Below, one piece after another: positions 30,024 through 38,916 of a stretch of 64,000 nt of DNA. Numbering within the stretch: the stretch's first letter is position 1; each line of letters opens with the position of its first letter. The notes beneath the pieces are model-generated. The model made no database searches, was not told the DNA's origin, and saw only the letters and a list, made by a program, of their open reading frames with translations. Made by a program: the position numbers and the translations under genes. The stretch is from Spirochaetaceae bacterium (GTDB lineage Bacteria; Spirochaetota; Spirochaetia; DSM-27196; SKKC01), in the NCBI GenBank assembly GCA_007694005.1, contig RECN01000071.1, positions 189 through 64,188 on the forward strand. The letters run 5' to 3'.

Positions 30024-32294
30024 CTATGGCCCCGCGGCCGGAGGAGCCGCGTAGCGCGCAATAGCCTCGGCGCGCGCCGAAGCGCGCGCGCGTCGCAGGT
30101 CGTCGGCGCTGCCCCCCGGTGAAGATACACTGTCCGATTCCGGCAGGGGCTGCGTTCCGTCGTTCACCCGCATGACCGCGCCGGGATTACGGTCGAGAAA
30201 ACCTTTGACATCTTCGAAGGCTATGGCAAAAACCGACACCTTCGTCTCACTCGTTACCCTGAGTGTACTCGGCTGTTGGCGGTGTAGATCGCCCATGCTC
30301 CCGGCAAGCATACCACGCTGCAGTGTGTTCGTTTTTCCGCCCTCGTCTTCTACCCGGAGACGCCCGTCGCGCACCAGAAAGACTTCCTGCACAGCGGCCC
30401 CATGCTCAATGAGTACCTCAGAGGCTTCGTACTCTCGCGGCTGCAGCACCGACTCGAGCCACATCCGTTGATAGTCGGTCAGGTGAACGAAGGGCAGACC
30501 CTCAGCCAGCAGATTCCAGGTCTCTTCGCTGCGATTGCGGATGAGGCGCCTGAGCACGGTCTCGAACTCGGTGCCGGCGATAAAATTCAGGAATCGCGAC
30601 CGTTCTATGGACAGAACCTCGACTTCCGATTCGGCGACAACGTCGGCTGTACGGTCGCTGTCGGTCATGAGAGCAACCTCGCCAAAGTAGTCATACGCAC
30701 CAAGCGCTTTACCGCGCACGAGGTTGTCGACAAGGACCGCCGCGTTACCGTTCATGATGATGTAGAAGTAGTTCCCCCGGCTTCCCTTGCGGATGATATG
30801 CTCCCCGGCGCGAAAGGTCTGCCGTTCGACGATGCCGAAGAACTGTTGAACTTTGGGCACACTCAGGTCTCGAGCGAAATCGAGCTGCTTGAGGACATCG
30901 AGAACCCGGTAGGCTTCCTCGTATTGCGGCGGAGCCGTGTCAAGATAGCGGGTGTTCTCTATGCCGAACGAAGCGCGGCTCAACAGCGAATCAGTCGGAA
31001 AGTCCTTTTCTGCGATGTGGAAGCAGGTGATCCTGCGCTGTACGTCTTCGGGGAGGCTCGCCAGATAGGTAACAGGAGTGTGCAGCGGCGCTATCCCCGC
31101 TTCGTGGTAGATGACGTCTGCATCCCAGGGAAAGCTTTTCAGCTGTTCGTATCGTCGCTGATCGATCGTCCCGCCAGCACGCATCGATTCGTGGATATCG
31201 GGATCATTCTGGTGGTCACTCGAGTATACGAAGCTCTTGTCCTGAAATGTAAGGCGAAAGGCCATGGTCGGAATCGAATGGACCGAGTAATAGACCGTAA
31301 ACTCTCCCCCATGCACGTAGAAGCTCTGGTCTATATACACGGGGTGAAAATCGAAGAGCGACTTCAGGAAATCCGGGTGTTCGCCCGAGAAGGACGCGTA
31401 CTTTCGCAGAAAGCCCTGCATGATCGTCGGCGTCGTATATACGGTCACACGGCCTTCCTGAAGAATCTTCTGAAAGGTTCCCGCATCGTGGTCCGCATGG
31501 CAGTGAGTAAGAATGATGGAGTCTATGAACTTGGGGTTTACGTTCGACTGAAGCAGCCACTCGGTGCAGTTGACCGGAGGATCGACCATGATGCCGCTGT
31601 GATTAAGCCAGATAATGAAACCGGAGGTGTTATCATGTGGGTCAAAACCATGACTCGGCCCAAGGCAGGTCACCCCGAACCGCGGGGGGACAAAGGGAGT
31701 CGGCAACCGCTCACCAATATCATACTGTGGTGTGTAGGAGACCGCCGCCGGTACCGGGACCGCTTCCTGCCCGTCCCAACTGAACTGGAAGCTGTCGGCT
31801 GTACGGCGAATGTGCACCCCGTCGATTTCGACCACATCATCCTTGAAGCAGACAATATCAAACAGGTCTTCGAGGGCGAGCGACCCCCGGAAAAACGAGA
31901 GCTCGCGGCTGATATCGGGAACCCAGGCATTCAGGTCATCCGAAAAGAGGTCCTGTCGCAGATCAAGCTTCTCGGGTCCGAACACCGACTCCCGGATCGC
32001 AACCGAAAGCCGCGCACCCTGTTCTTCGGTGCAGCATATCGTAACCTTCTGTTTGCGTATGAAAAAGTTAAAGTAGATCGGAAACTCCATGTCTCCGACG
32101 TTGATGCCTTTCTGCCAGTGAAAAAGCTCGTGCGGGAGCACGAAGAATCTCGGGACCGACTCCGGCGTTACCAGCGTGTCCTTGATCGTCTCGGGCGGAG
32201 CTCCCACCTGTATGCCCCCGATCGGCGTCTGGACGATACGACCGCCACGCGGCAGCTCTACGACGGTCCCGACCTGTACTTCTGATTCCTTCAT
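30024..32294 (-). CDS. metallo-beta-lactamase-fold hydrolase with two cyclic-nucleotide-binding domains
   Basis: THCHADHD (HxHxDH), HSIPT and SSD; FGEVAL...RTADV cNMP cassette plus a second degenerate cNMP domain; promoter TTGCAG-17-TACACT upstream. Confidence 0.85.
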   Translation of the reverse strand: MKESEVQVGTVVELPRGGRIVQTPIGGIQVGAPPETIKDTLVTPESVPRFFVLPHELFHWQKGINVGDMEFPIYFNFFIRKQKVTICCTEEQGARLSVAIRESVFGPEKLDLRQDLFSDDLNAWVPDISRELSFFRGSLALEDLFDIVCFKDDVVEIDGVHIRRTADSFQFSWDGQEAVPVPAAVSYTPQYDIGERLPTPFVPPRFGVTCLGPSHGFDPHDNTSGFIIWLNHSGIMVDPPVNCTEWLLQSNVNPKFIDSIILTHCHADHDAGTFQKILQEGRVTVYTTPTIMQGFLRKYASFSGEHPDFLKSLFDFHPVYIDQSFYVHGGEFTVYYSVHSIPTMAFRLTFQDKSFVYSSDHQNDPDIHESMRAGGTIDQRRYEQLKSFPWDADVIYHEAGIAPLHTPVTYLASLPEDVQRRITCFHIAEKDFPTDSLLSRASFGIENTRYLDTAPPQYEEAYRVLDVLKQLDFARDLSVPKVQQFFGIVERQTFRAGEHIIRKGSRGNYFYIIMNGNAAVLVDNLVRGKALGAYDYFGEVALMTDSDRTADVVAESEVEVLSIERSRFLNFIAGTEFETVLRRLIRNRSEETWNLLAEGLPFVHLTDYQRMWLESVLQPREYEASEVLIEHGAAVQEVFLVRDGRLRVEDEGGKTNTLQRGMLAGSMGDLHRQQPSTLRVTSETKVSVFAIAFEDVKGFLDRNPGAVMRVNDGTQPLPESDSVSSPGGSADDLRRARASARAEAIARYAAPPAAGP

Positions 32295-32393
32295 TGCTCC
32301 CCCGCACCACACCGTATGGTTTTTGCAGTGTACTCGCGCTCCGGGTACGCTGCAATCTATACTATGTACTACACACTCGACGTGATTTCACGG

Positions 32394-32422
32394 TTGACGG
32401 CTCACCGGACCGGGTATAGCAT
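32394..32422 (+). promoter_or_regulatory. sigma70-type promoter for an intergenic transcript
   Basis: TTGACG-17-TAGCAT, the same hexamers and spacing as the hom promoter at 48661-48689. Confidence 0.7.
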
Positions 32423-32470
32423 CATGGTAGATGGAGTGTTAATCCTCCATGACAAACGGAGGCGTGAACT

Positions 32471-32515
32471 ATGAAGAGTGAATGCGTTCCGCCGGACAGG
32501 GAAGGCCGGGTATAA
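32471..32515 (+). CDS. putative 14-aa small ORF MKSECVPPDREGRV
   Basis: GGAGG at 32458-62, 8 nt before the ATG; the stop codon lies in a hairpin loop. Confidence 0.35.
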   Translation: MKSECVPPDREGRV

Positions 32516-32660
32516 TCCCGGCACCGAACAGAGATCGCAATCGTGCGATTCACTATCCCACCCGTGGCGCCAGTCGGCGCACACGAACAGGCGGTCGAGG
32601 CGACTGAAGCAGCAAACAGTCGTAGCGGGTATATCCCGAAATAAATGAAAAGACCGCGTC

Positions 32661-32688
32661 AGCCGGCTCACAAGGAGCCGGCTTTTTT
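32661..32688 (+). terminator. intrinsic terminator
   Basis: AGCCGGCTC-ACAAG-GAGCCGGCT followed by TTTTT. Confidence 0.85.
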
Positions 32689-32723
32689 ATGCCACCTCCT
32701 ATGGCGCTTGTCCTGCCCGATGA

Positions 32724-33608
32724 TCAGTACGATTTGCTCAGGGGGAGCGAGAGTTTCCGCCTCCTGAGGCCTGTGGTCGTAAACAGAAGTTCCCGCGCCT
32801 CGTCGTTCACCCACTCGAACACCGCGCGTGCGCCGAAGCCCTGACTGACAAAGGATACCGCCGTGTCGATGCAGAGGTAGCGGCCCTCGTACCGTTTCAG
32901 AAACACCCCGGAGGTCTGGGGTGTGTGCCCGCAGACGTAGACCCTGGCGCGATTATTGTGGAGGAAGGTATGCAGAACCGTCGTATAGTCGGGCTGCGTG
33001 TGCTGCCCCGCAGCGTCGGAACACAGTATGCTCGTCTCCGGCGAGAACAGCGACAGAGGCAGGTCAGCGTCTCCGCGACGAAAAGAAGGGGTGTACTGGT
33101 CGAGTTCCTGTTTTACCGCCCGATTGATGTCGGCAACCTGAAGATCACGAAAGACCGGAGGAAGGTCAGCCGGAGCAAAGATAAAGGGGTCAATCCGGAC
33201 GACCGCCGGCAGCGTCACGAGCCAGCGGGAGAGCCACCCTCCCGGAGCAAAGGCGGTCTCGAAAGCGGTCGCTTCGGCAGCAGCGTCGTCCTGATAGAAG
33301 GCACGTTCCGACGCGGAGGAGTCACGGTGTATTCCAAACAGGTTCATGAGTTCGTGCTTACCGAGAAGCGCGTAGACCCGGCTCCCCCGTTTCGGCGCCT
33401 GCGCCTGCAGCTGAATCAGCGATCGGTAGATTGATGCGCTGTCGGGGCCCCGGTCGCACACGTTCCCGAGAACGACAAATGCAGTGTCGGTCGCGGTAAA
33501 ACGGCCATTAGAATCGGTGAGTTCGCAGGCCCGCAGTATGTCCCGATAGAAGTCTACGTCTGCGTGAAGATCTCCGACAGCTATGATGCGCTTGAACGCA
33601 CGGGCCAT
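32724..33608 (-). CDS. calcineurin-like metallophosphoesterase (Shewanella-like phosphatase type) with degenerate motifs
   Basis: GDLHAD, GNVCDRG, GKHE, GHT and IDT motifs. Confidence 0.78.
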   Translation of the reverse strand: MARAFKRIIAVGDLHADVDFYRDILRACELTDSNGRFTATDTAFVVLGNVCDRGPDSASIYRSLIQLQAQAPKRGSRVYALLGKHELMNLFGIHRDSSASERAFYQDDAAAEATAFETAFAPGGWLSRWLVTLPAVVRIDPFIFAPADLPPVFRDLQVADINRAVKQELDQYTPSFRRGDADLPLSLFSPETSILCSDAAGQHTQPDYTTVLHTFLHNNRARVYVCGHTPQTSGVFLKRYEGRYLCIDTAVSFVSQGFGARAVFEWVNDEARELLFTTTGLRRRKLSLPLSKSY

Positions 33609-33637
33609 ACTCGTGTCCCCCGGGCCTCAGATTTGCA

Positions 33638-34402
33638 TCAGAACATCATGAAAGTCAATACAAGAAACAAGCCCATGCCGAGCAGGCCGACGACCCCGCT
33701 TCCCTTAAGGTTCCAGAATGCGAGCTGACCGACAGACTCGAGAAACCAGGTCAGGAGGTACACAATGAGCAGGGGCACGACCGGCAGCACGAAGGGTCCG
33801 AGGACAAGCCTGACAGCGAAGGTAATCAGACTGGCACCCAGAAACCAGCCGAAGAGATTCTGAAAAGGAATGCCGAAATACCAGCCATCCTGCTCCCATT
33901 CCCAGAACCCCCAACCGACCATCTGCGGGTCGAGAAACAGATCCCAGGCGGCAAAAGCTGCACCGGCGACCAGGGAGAAGGCGAAAATGTTCCCGCCGGG
34001 GACGAGGACGGTCGCGACCGCCCAGGCCGGCGGCATCATCATGATCCAGGCGATGGGGATGAGGACCGGCACCTCTCCGATCTGCGGCTGTAATACCTTC
34101 GTGTAGTGATAGCGTCCAAACGGATGGCCGGTGTGACTGCCGACAAACTCAAGGACCCAGCCGAGGACCGCCACGAGGACAGCGGCGATGAGCGTCGCCC
34201 GCAAGCCTGCCCCGAGAGCCATAAGCGCCAGGACGGTTGAAGCCTGAAGCAGTACACCGACGGATACGCCAAAGGGGACCGCCGAGTCAGAAAACACCCA
34301 TCTGATGATCGGCAAGCCTATCATCGAGAGTAGCCACACAGTACCAAGCAGCAGGACAGCCACCGGCATCTCAGAGAGCGAAGCAATCATGTGTTCAAGC
34401 AT
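33638..34402 (-). CDS. cruF: carotenoid 1,2-hydratase (CruF-like membrane protein)
   Basis: E..G..TGHPFGRYHY, VPVLIPIAW, WDLFLDP and GIPFQNLFGW motifs; adjacent to a lycopene cyclase. Confidence 0.75.
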   Translation of the reverse strand: MLEHMIASLSEMPVAVLLLGTVWLLSMIGLPIIRWVFSDSAVPFGVSVGVLLQASTVLALMALGAGLRATLIAAVLVAVLGWVLEFVGSHTGHPFGRYHYTKVLQPQIGEVPVLIPIAWIMMMPPAWAVATVLVPGGNIFAFSLVAGAAFAAWDLFLDPQMVGWGFWEWEQDGWYFGIPFQNLFGWFLGASLITFAVRLVLGPFVLPVVPLLIVYLLTWFLESVGQLAFWNLKGSGVVGLLGMGLFLVLTFMMF

Positions 34403-34404
34403 AT

Positions 34405-35574
34405 TCAGGACCTTATTACCCGCCAGCCCGCCTTCAGAAAGGTCGGAATGGGTACGGTAGACATGAGTTTCAGATTTTCGCCTATGCCGCCTTCCTCGTC
34501 GAGAAAGCGGAACATGCGGGTGACAGGATTCCGGTCGAAGAAGCGAACAAAGACATGTTCGGCAAGATCTCCGCGATCGAGCAATACCTGCAGGAGTATG
34601 GAATCAAAACGGAAGTATCGGGGCGGTGTACGGGGAAGATCGAAGGGATGCCCGGTCCGCTTGAGCGAATCTACGATGGCTTCCGAGTCCCACTGCATGC
34701 GCATGAACGCGTAGCCGGTGGACGCTTTGACCCGTCCGCCTCTCGTGCCGGTGCGCAGGATGTGACGTCCACCAGATCGTTCAAAAGGCTGGTCTGTCAT
34801 GGGGATTATGCAGGACTCTTCTGCGGTGATTTCGTAGTCGGTAATGCCGAGCACGCCGTGGATGTAATCGCGAATCCGCCGATCGTACTCTTCGGGAGGC
34901 AGCGTCTGCGGGCTGAACAGCGTGTACTCCACGAGGGCCTCCCGCGGACTCCAGGGCAGAACGTAGAAGAAGCGCATGACATCGTGCTGTGGTGTCCGAA
35001 AGTCGAACATGCGCGCGACGTCCACATCGAAAAAGTCCTGGGGCAGGCGTATTTCCACGCCTTTGAAGTGCTGCTTCAGGTTCCGGTACTTCGATTCGTC
35101 GACGACAAGGTTCTGGTATTTCCAGAGACTGTCGAATACCCACCGACCCCGACAGGTACGGCCTCCGGCCACGATCTCCGCGCCGTCGTCGGTGTCGCGG
35201 ACCTGATCGACCGTAGCGGTAAGAATTTCCACGTGCGGACACGCCGCCAGGCGCTCCTTCACAAAGCGATAGAAGTCCTCGGAACGAAGCATCTGATATC
35301 GATACGGAGCAAGCGGCAGAACAAGGTCCTTCCCGTCACCGGTGATCTGCAGCGTATCCCAGCTTTTTCGGGCGATACCGTCGAATGGTGTATCGCCTGT
35401 GACCCAGTAACACCAGGTGCGGTCGTTCAGGCTCTTGTCTTCCTCGTCGACGATGAGGATGCGGGAATCTTCAAAACCGCCTTCGACGAGATGCCAGGCC
35501 AGACTCAGGCCTGCTCCTCCGCCACCCGCGAGAATGAAATCGTAGTCGGCGGAGACCGCCCCTGCGTGCGCCAT
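34405..35574 (-). CDS. lycopene cyclase family protein (CrtY/CrtL-like)
   Basis: GGGGAGLSLA FAD motif, NDRTWCYW, FFYVLP, LVEYT, IPM and KASTGYAF. Confidence 0.85.
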   Translation of the reverse strand: MAHAGAVSADYDFILAGGGGAGLSLAWHLVEGGFEDSRILIVDEEDKSLNDRTWCYWVTGDTPFDGIARKSWDTLQITGDGKDLVLPLAPYRYQMLRSEDFYRFVKERLAACPHVEILTATVDQVRDTDDGAEIVAGGRTCRGRWVFDSLWKYQNLVVDESKYRNLKQHFKGVEIRLPQDFFDVDVARMFDFRTPQHDVMRFFYVLPWSPREALVEYTLFSPQTLPPEEYDRRIRDYIHGVLGITDYEITAEESCIIPMTDQPFERSGGRHILRTGTRGGRVKASTGYAFMRMQWDSEAIVDSLKRTGHPFDLPRTPPRYFRFDSILLQVLLDRGDLAEHVFVRFFDRNPVTRMFRFLDEEGGIGENLKLMSTVPIPTFLKAGWRVIRS

Positions 35575-35640
35575 GCCACCAATGTACCGCTCGCACAATC
35601 GCTTGACAACGAGAAAGCACCGTGCCCACACTGCATTCAT

Positions 35641-36621
35641 ATGCGAATACTTGTTGCCGGCGGCGCCGGGTACATCGGCAGTCACGTTACACGGGCCCTG
35701 CTCGATTCGGGCTACGAGGTCTGTGTCTTCGACGACTTCTCATCGGGTCAGGAAGAAAATCTCTTCCCGGAGGCACAGCTCGTCCGCGGAAACATCAAGG
35801 ACAGTGCCCTGATCGGTGAGACCCTGAGCACAGGCTTTGACGCGGTCGTTCATCTTGCAGCCTTCAAGGCCGCGGGTGAAAGTATGACCGAACCCGGAAA
35901 GTACGCCGACAACAACATTGCCGGTACGATCACGCTTCTCAACGCCATGGTCGAGCACGGGGTCGAGAACATCGTATTCTCGAGTTCAGCCGCCGTATAC
36001 GGGGAGCCGCAGTACATTCCGGTGGACGAAGCCCATCCGACCAACCCGGAAAATTTTTACGGGTTTACCAAGCTTGAGATCGAGCGGATCATGGGGTGGT
36101 ACGACAGACTAACCGGGCTCAAGAGCGCGTGCCTGCGCTACTTCAACGCAGCCGGGTACGATACCGACGGGCGGATCGGAGGGCTCGAACGCAACCCGGC
36201 GAATCTGCTGCCGGTTATCATGGAAGTCGCCGCAGGCACACGGAAAGAGCTCTCGATATTCGGAAACGACTACGATACGCCGGACGGAACCTGTATTCGC
36301 GATTACGTGCACGTAACGGATCTGGCGAACGCCCACGTGGCTGCGCTGCACTATCTGTTCGAAACACACGAAAGTATCGCGGTGAACCTTGGAAGTGAAC
36401 AGGGATACAGCGTACAGGAAATGCTCGAAGTGGCGCGCCGTGTGACCGGAAAGGAAATCCCGTCGAGGATTGTGGAGCGACGCGCCGGCGATCCGGCGAG
36501 GCTTGTCGCATCGAGCAGCATGGCATCACACAGCTTCAGCTGGGATACGCTGTTCTCGGACCCGGAGACCCTCGTCGAAACAACCTGGGAAGCCTATCAG
36601 AAGCACATGAGGACACCGTAG
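35641..36621 (+). CDS. galE: UDP-glucose 4-epimerase
   Basis: GGAGYIGSH, FSSSAAVYG, YGFTK, LRYFNAAG and DGTCIRDYVHV motifs; true start MRILVAG. Confidence 0.95.
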   Translation: MRILVAGGAGYIGSHVTRALLDSGYEVCVFDDFSSGQEENLFPEAQLVRGNIKDSALIGETLSTGFDAVVHLAAFKAAGESMTEPGKYADNNIAGTITLLNAMVEHGVENIVFSSSAAVYGEPQYIPVDEAHPTNPENFYGFTKLEIERIMGWYDRLTGLKSACLRYFNAAGYDTDGRIGGLERNPANLLPVIMEVAAGTRKELSIFGNDYDTPDGTCIRDYVHVTDLANAHVAALHYLFETHESIAVNLGSEQGYSVQEMLEVARRVTGKEIPSRIVERRAGDPARLVASSSMASHSFSWDTLFSDPETLVETTWEAYQKHMRTP

Positions 36622-36628
36622 CAGGTCG

Positions 36629-37513
36629 TCAGTTTTCCACCCAGGTCGACACGTACTCAACACCGCGCGGCATCCAGGATGGTTTCCGTTCCGTCCACGC
36701 GCCTCCGAAGCCCAGTTCATCGGCGACCGCGGAAAAGTGAGCCATGGCAACGCCGGCGTCGATACGCTGCATATCCACGTCCTTGATTGCCTTGTCGAAT
36801 CCCGCCGTCCGAGCCACAAACAGATGCAGCAGATCGGGGCCACTGTCGGCGCTGTAGCGATACACACGCCAGGGCTGCTGATTGGAGGTCGATGGGGCAA
36901 GACGAACTGCCTCCAGCATGGCCTCGAAATCTGCGGCGGACGCCGGAGTCAGCGGATACGGCGAAGACTGGGGTTTGTCATCATCATCCCAGAACTCCAC
37001 CTCGAAAAAGAGCTCCGACCAGCGTTTCCGTTTGCGCGCACCGACTGCAAAGCGGATCGACCCGTCACTGACGGTCCGGCGACGGGCAGGATACCCGATG
37101 GGCACGACGGCGGGAATGAGCACATCCCGGTCAAGACCGAGCGCCTTCGCAAATCCACCGCGGTTGAAGGTTCCTCCAAGCCAGCACGTAGACACAAAAC
37201 TCGCCTCGATGTGGAGTACCGCCTGCTCGAGTACGAAGCCGAAATCTTCCATACTGTGACGACCCTTCTGCACGTAGCCGACTATAAACTGGGCGGGATT
37301 ATGCACCACACCGTAGGGTGCCCGCTCGGAGATGTCGGCAATCATGGCGTCATCAGCGGGAACAAGCGCAAGCCCTACCGGTGATCCGAACGGGGGATCG
37401 TTTACCTGTTTCAACAGGTCGAGAACCTGTGCTTCATCCTCAGCCGACAAGGGCTGTCCGTCGAATGCTCGACAGCTGAGCCGCGAGGCAATAACTTCTC
37501 TGGCGTTTTTCAC
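36629..37513 (-). CDS. nitroreductase family protein (tandem domains)
   Basis: RLSCRAF, TCWLGGTF, APSTSNQQPW and IDAGVAMAHF motifs; start uncertain. Confidence 0.82.
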   Translation of the reverse strand: MKNAREVIASRLSCRAFDGQPLSAEDEAQVLDLLKQVNDPPFGSPVGLALVPADDAMIADISERAPYGVVHNPAQFIVGYVQKGRHSMEDFGFVLEQAVLHIEASFVSTCWLGGTFNRGGFAKALGLDRDVLIPAVVPIGYPARRRTVSDGSIRFAVGARKRKRWSELFFEVEFWDDDDKPQSSPYPLTPASAADFEAMLEAVRLAPSTSNQQPWRVYRYSADSGPDLLHLFVARTAGFDKAIKDVDMQRIDAGVAMAHFSAVADELGFGGAWTERKPSWMPRGVEYVSTWVEN

Positions 37514-37638
37514 GATACTACTCTTCCTGCCGGTCTTTTTCTCGCACAATGCACGTGCAGAGTATACAGGATTATGCGCACGACGGCGACCGTACCTTTT
37601 GCCCGATGTGCCTCATTCCGGGTAGAATGTCATCAGAC

Positions 37639-38916
37639 ATGATTGAACATACTAGCGCTCCACCCGGGGTGATCCTGGTCGGTGTCCGACACAAGGAAAT
37701 GACGGTTTCTGAAGCACAGCAACATGTGGCGGAACTTGCCCGCCTGGTTGATACGCTCGGCTACACCGTCCTCGACACGAAGGTGCTTCGCGGGAGCACA
37801 CCGAATCCCGGACTGTTTATCGGAAGCGGACAGGCAGATGAACTGGCCAGCCTCGCTGACGAGCTTGAAGCAGAGGCACTCATTTTTGATGATGAGCTTT
37901 CGCCTTCTCAGCAGCGTAATCTTGAACGACGCACCCGGGTCGCCGTCTCTGACCGCCACGAGATCATTCTCGAGATTTTCCACGAACACGCGGTCACCAG
38001 GGAGGCACGCCTGCAGGTCGAGAAAGCCGAACTCGCCTACCAGCTGCCGCGTCTGCGGCGCGCATGGACGCACCTGTCGCGCCAGCGTGGTGGTACGAAG
38101 GGCACACGGGGCGAAGGTGAAACCCAGCTGGAAATCGACCGACGGCGAATAACCGCCCGGCAGCAGCAGCTGGAACGGGAACTGGCTGAGGTCCGTCGTC
38201 ACCGTTCGACCATGCGACAGAAACGCGAAGCGGTACCGGTACCTACCCTCGCCCTTGTTGGATATACGAACGCCGGCAAATCGAGCCTCATGACCGCGCT
38301 CACCGGCAAGAAGGTACTCAGACAGGACAAGCTCTTCGCAACGCTTGATCCGAAGTCATCGCGTATGGTGCTGCCCGGTGGCGTCGAGGTGATTGTCACC
38401 GACACGGTCGGGTTTATCAGAAAGCTGCCTCACGATCTCGTCGAAGCGTTTCGGAGTACCCTCGAGGAAACAGTCCGCGCCGACATTCTGCTCCACGTCG
38501 TCGACGCCTCAAGTCCGCAGGCGGCGGATGAAGCCGCGACGACACGGGCTGTGCTTTCGGAGATCGGAGCAGACACCGCGTCCATTGTCGTCGTGCTGAA
38601 CAAGATGGATCTGCTCGGCTACGACAGGGAGTCGATCGCACAGGCATCCGTGCACGTGGCGGGGGTTGACGAAGGTGTGCCGGTAAGCAGTCTGACCCGA
38701 GCGGGCATAGACGACCTGCGTGCACGTATCGCCGAGCTGGTTACGAGCAGCAGAGTCGAAGCCGACCTGGTCATTCCGCCGGACCGATGGGATCTTGTGG
38801 CCATGCTTCACCGGGAAGGCCGCGTGATCACTGAAGTCATGGAACAGGACAAGGTTCATGTTCGGGCTGAACTGGGGGGCAAGCTCAGGCAGGTTCTCGC
38901 CGAGTACGTCGTGTAG
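37639..38916 (+). CDS. hflX: ribosome-splitting GTPase HflX
   Basis: GEGETQLEIDRR, GYTNAGKS, LFATLD, DTVGF and NKMD motifs. Confidence 0.96.
   Translation: MIEHTSAPPGVILVGVRHKEMTVSEAQQHVAELARLVDTLGYTVLDTKVLRGSTPNPGLFIGSGQADELASLADELEAEALIFDDELSPSQQRNLERRTRVAVSDRHEIILEIFHEHAVTREARLQVEKAELAYQLPRLRRAWTHLSRQRGGTKGTRGEGETQLEIDRRRITARQQQLERELAEVRRHRSTMRQKREAVPVPTLALVGYTNAGKSSLMTALTGKKVLRQDKLFATLDPKSSRMVLPGGVEVIVTDTVGFIRKLPHDLVEAFRSTLEETVRADILLHVVDASSPQAADEAATTRAVLSEIGADTASIVVVLNKMDLLGYDRESIAQASVHVAGVDEGVPVSSLTRAGIDDLRARIAELVTSSRVEADLVIPPDRWDLVAMLHREGRVITEVMEQDKVHVRAELGGKLRQVLAEYVV

Larger units (their letters stand above)
32429..32688 (+). ncRNA. putative structured small RNA (~260 nt), possibly dual-function with a 14-aa sORF
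   Basis: Own promoter and terminator; four hairpins plus a three-way junction; no long + strand ORF. Confidence 0.55.

Noticed and set aside
30402-32285. Long antisense ORFs (627 aa here; also 2249-3196, 11740-12933, 14712-15902, 41435-42616, 52615-54132, 59997-61214)
   Set aside because: They mirror well-supported genes on the opposite strand, have no recognisable motifs, and are expected from GC-rich codon usage.
32429-32688. Assignment of the intergenic RNA to SRP, tmRNA, 6S, hammerhead or the c-di-AMP (ydaO) riboswitch
   Set aside because: GAAGCAGC lacks the SRP helix-8 context; there are no tRNA-like ends, no end-to-end rod, no CUGANGA core, no ydaO consensus, and no downstream same-strand gene to regulate.
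34555-35640. Apparent 362-aa N-terminal extension of GalE
   Set aside because: It is the antisense shadow of the lycopene cyclase gene; GalE starts at 35641 after its own promoter.
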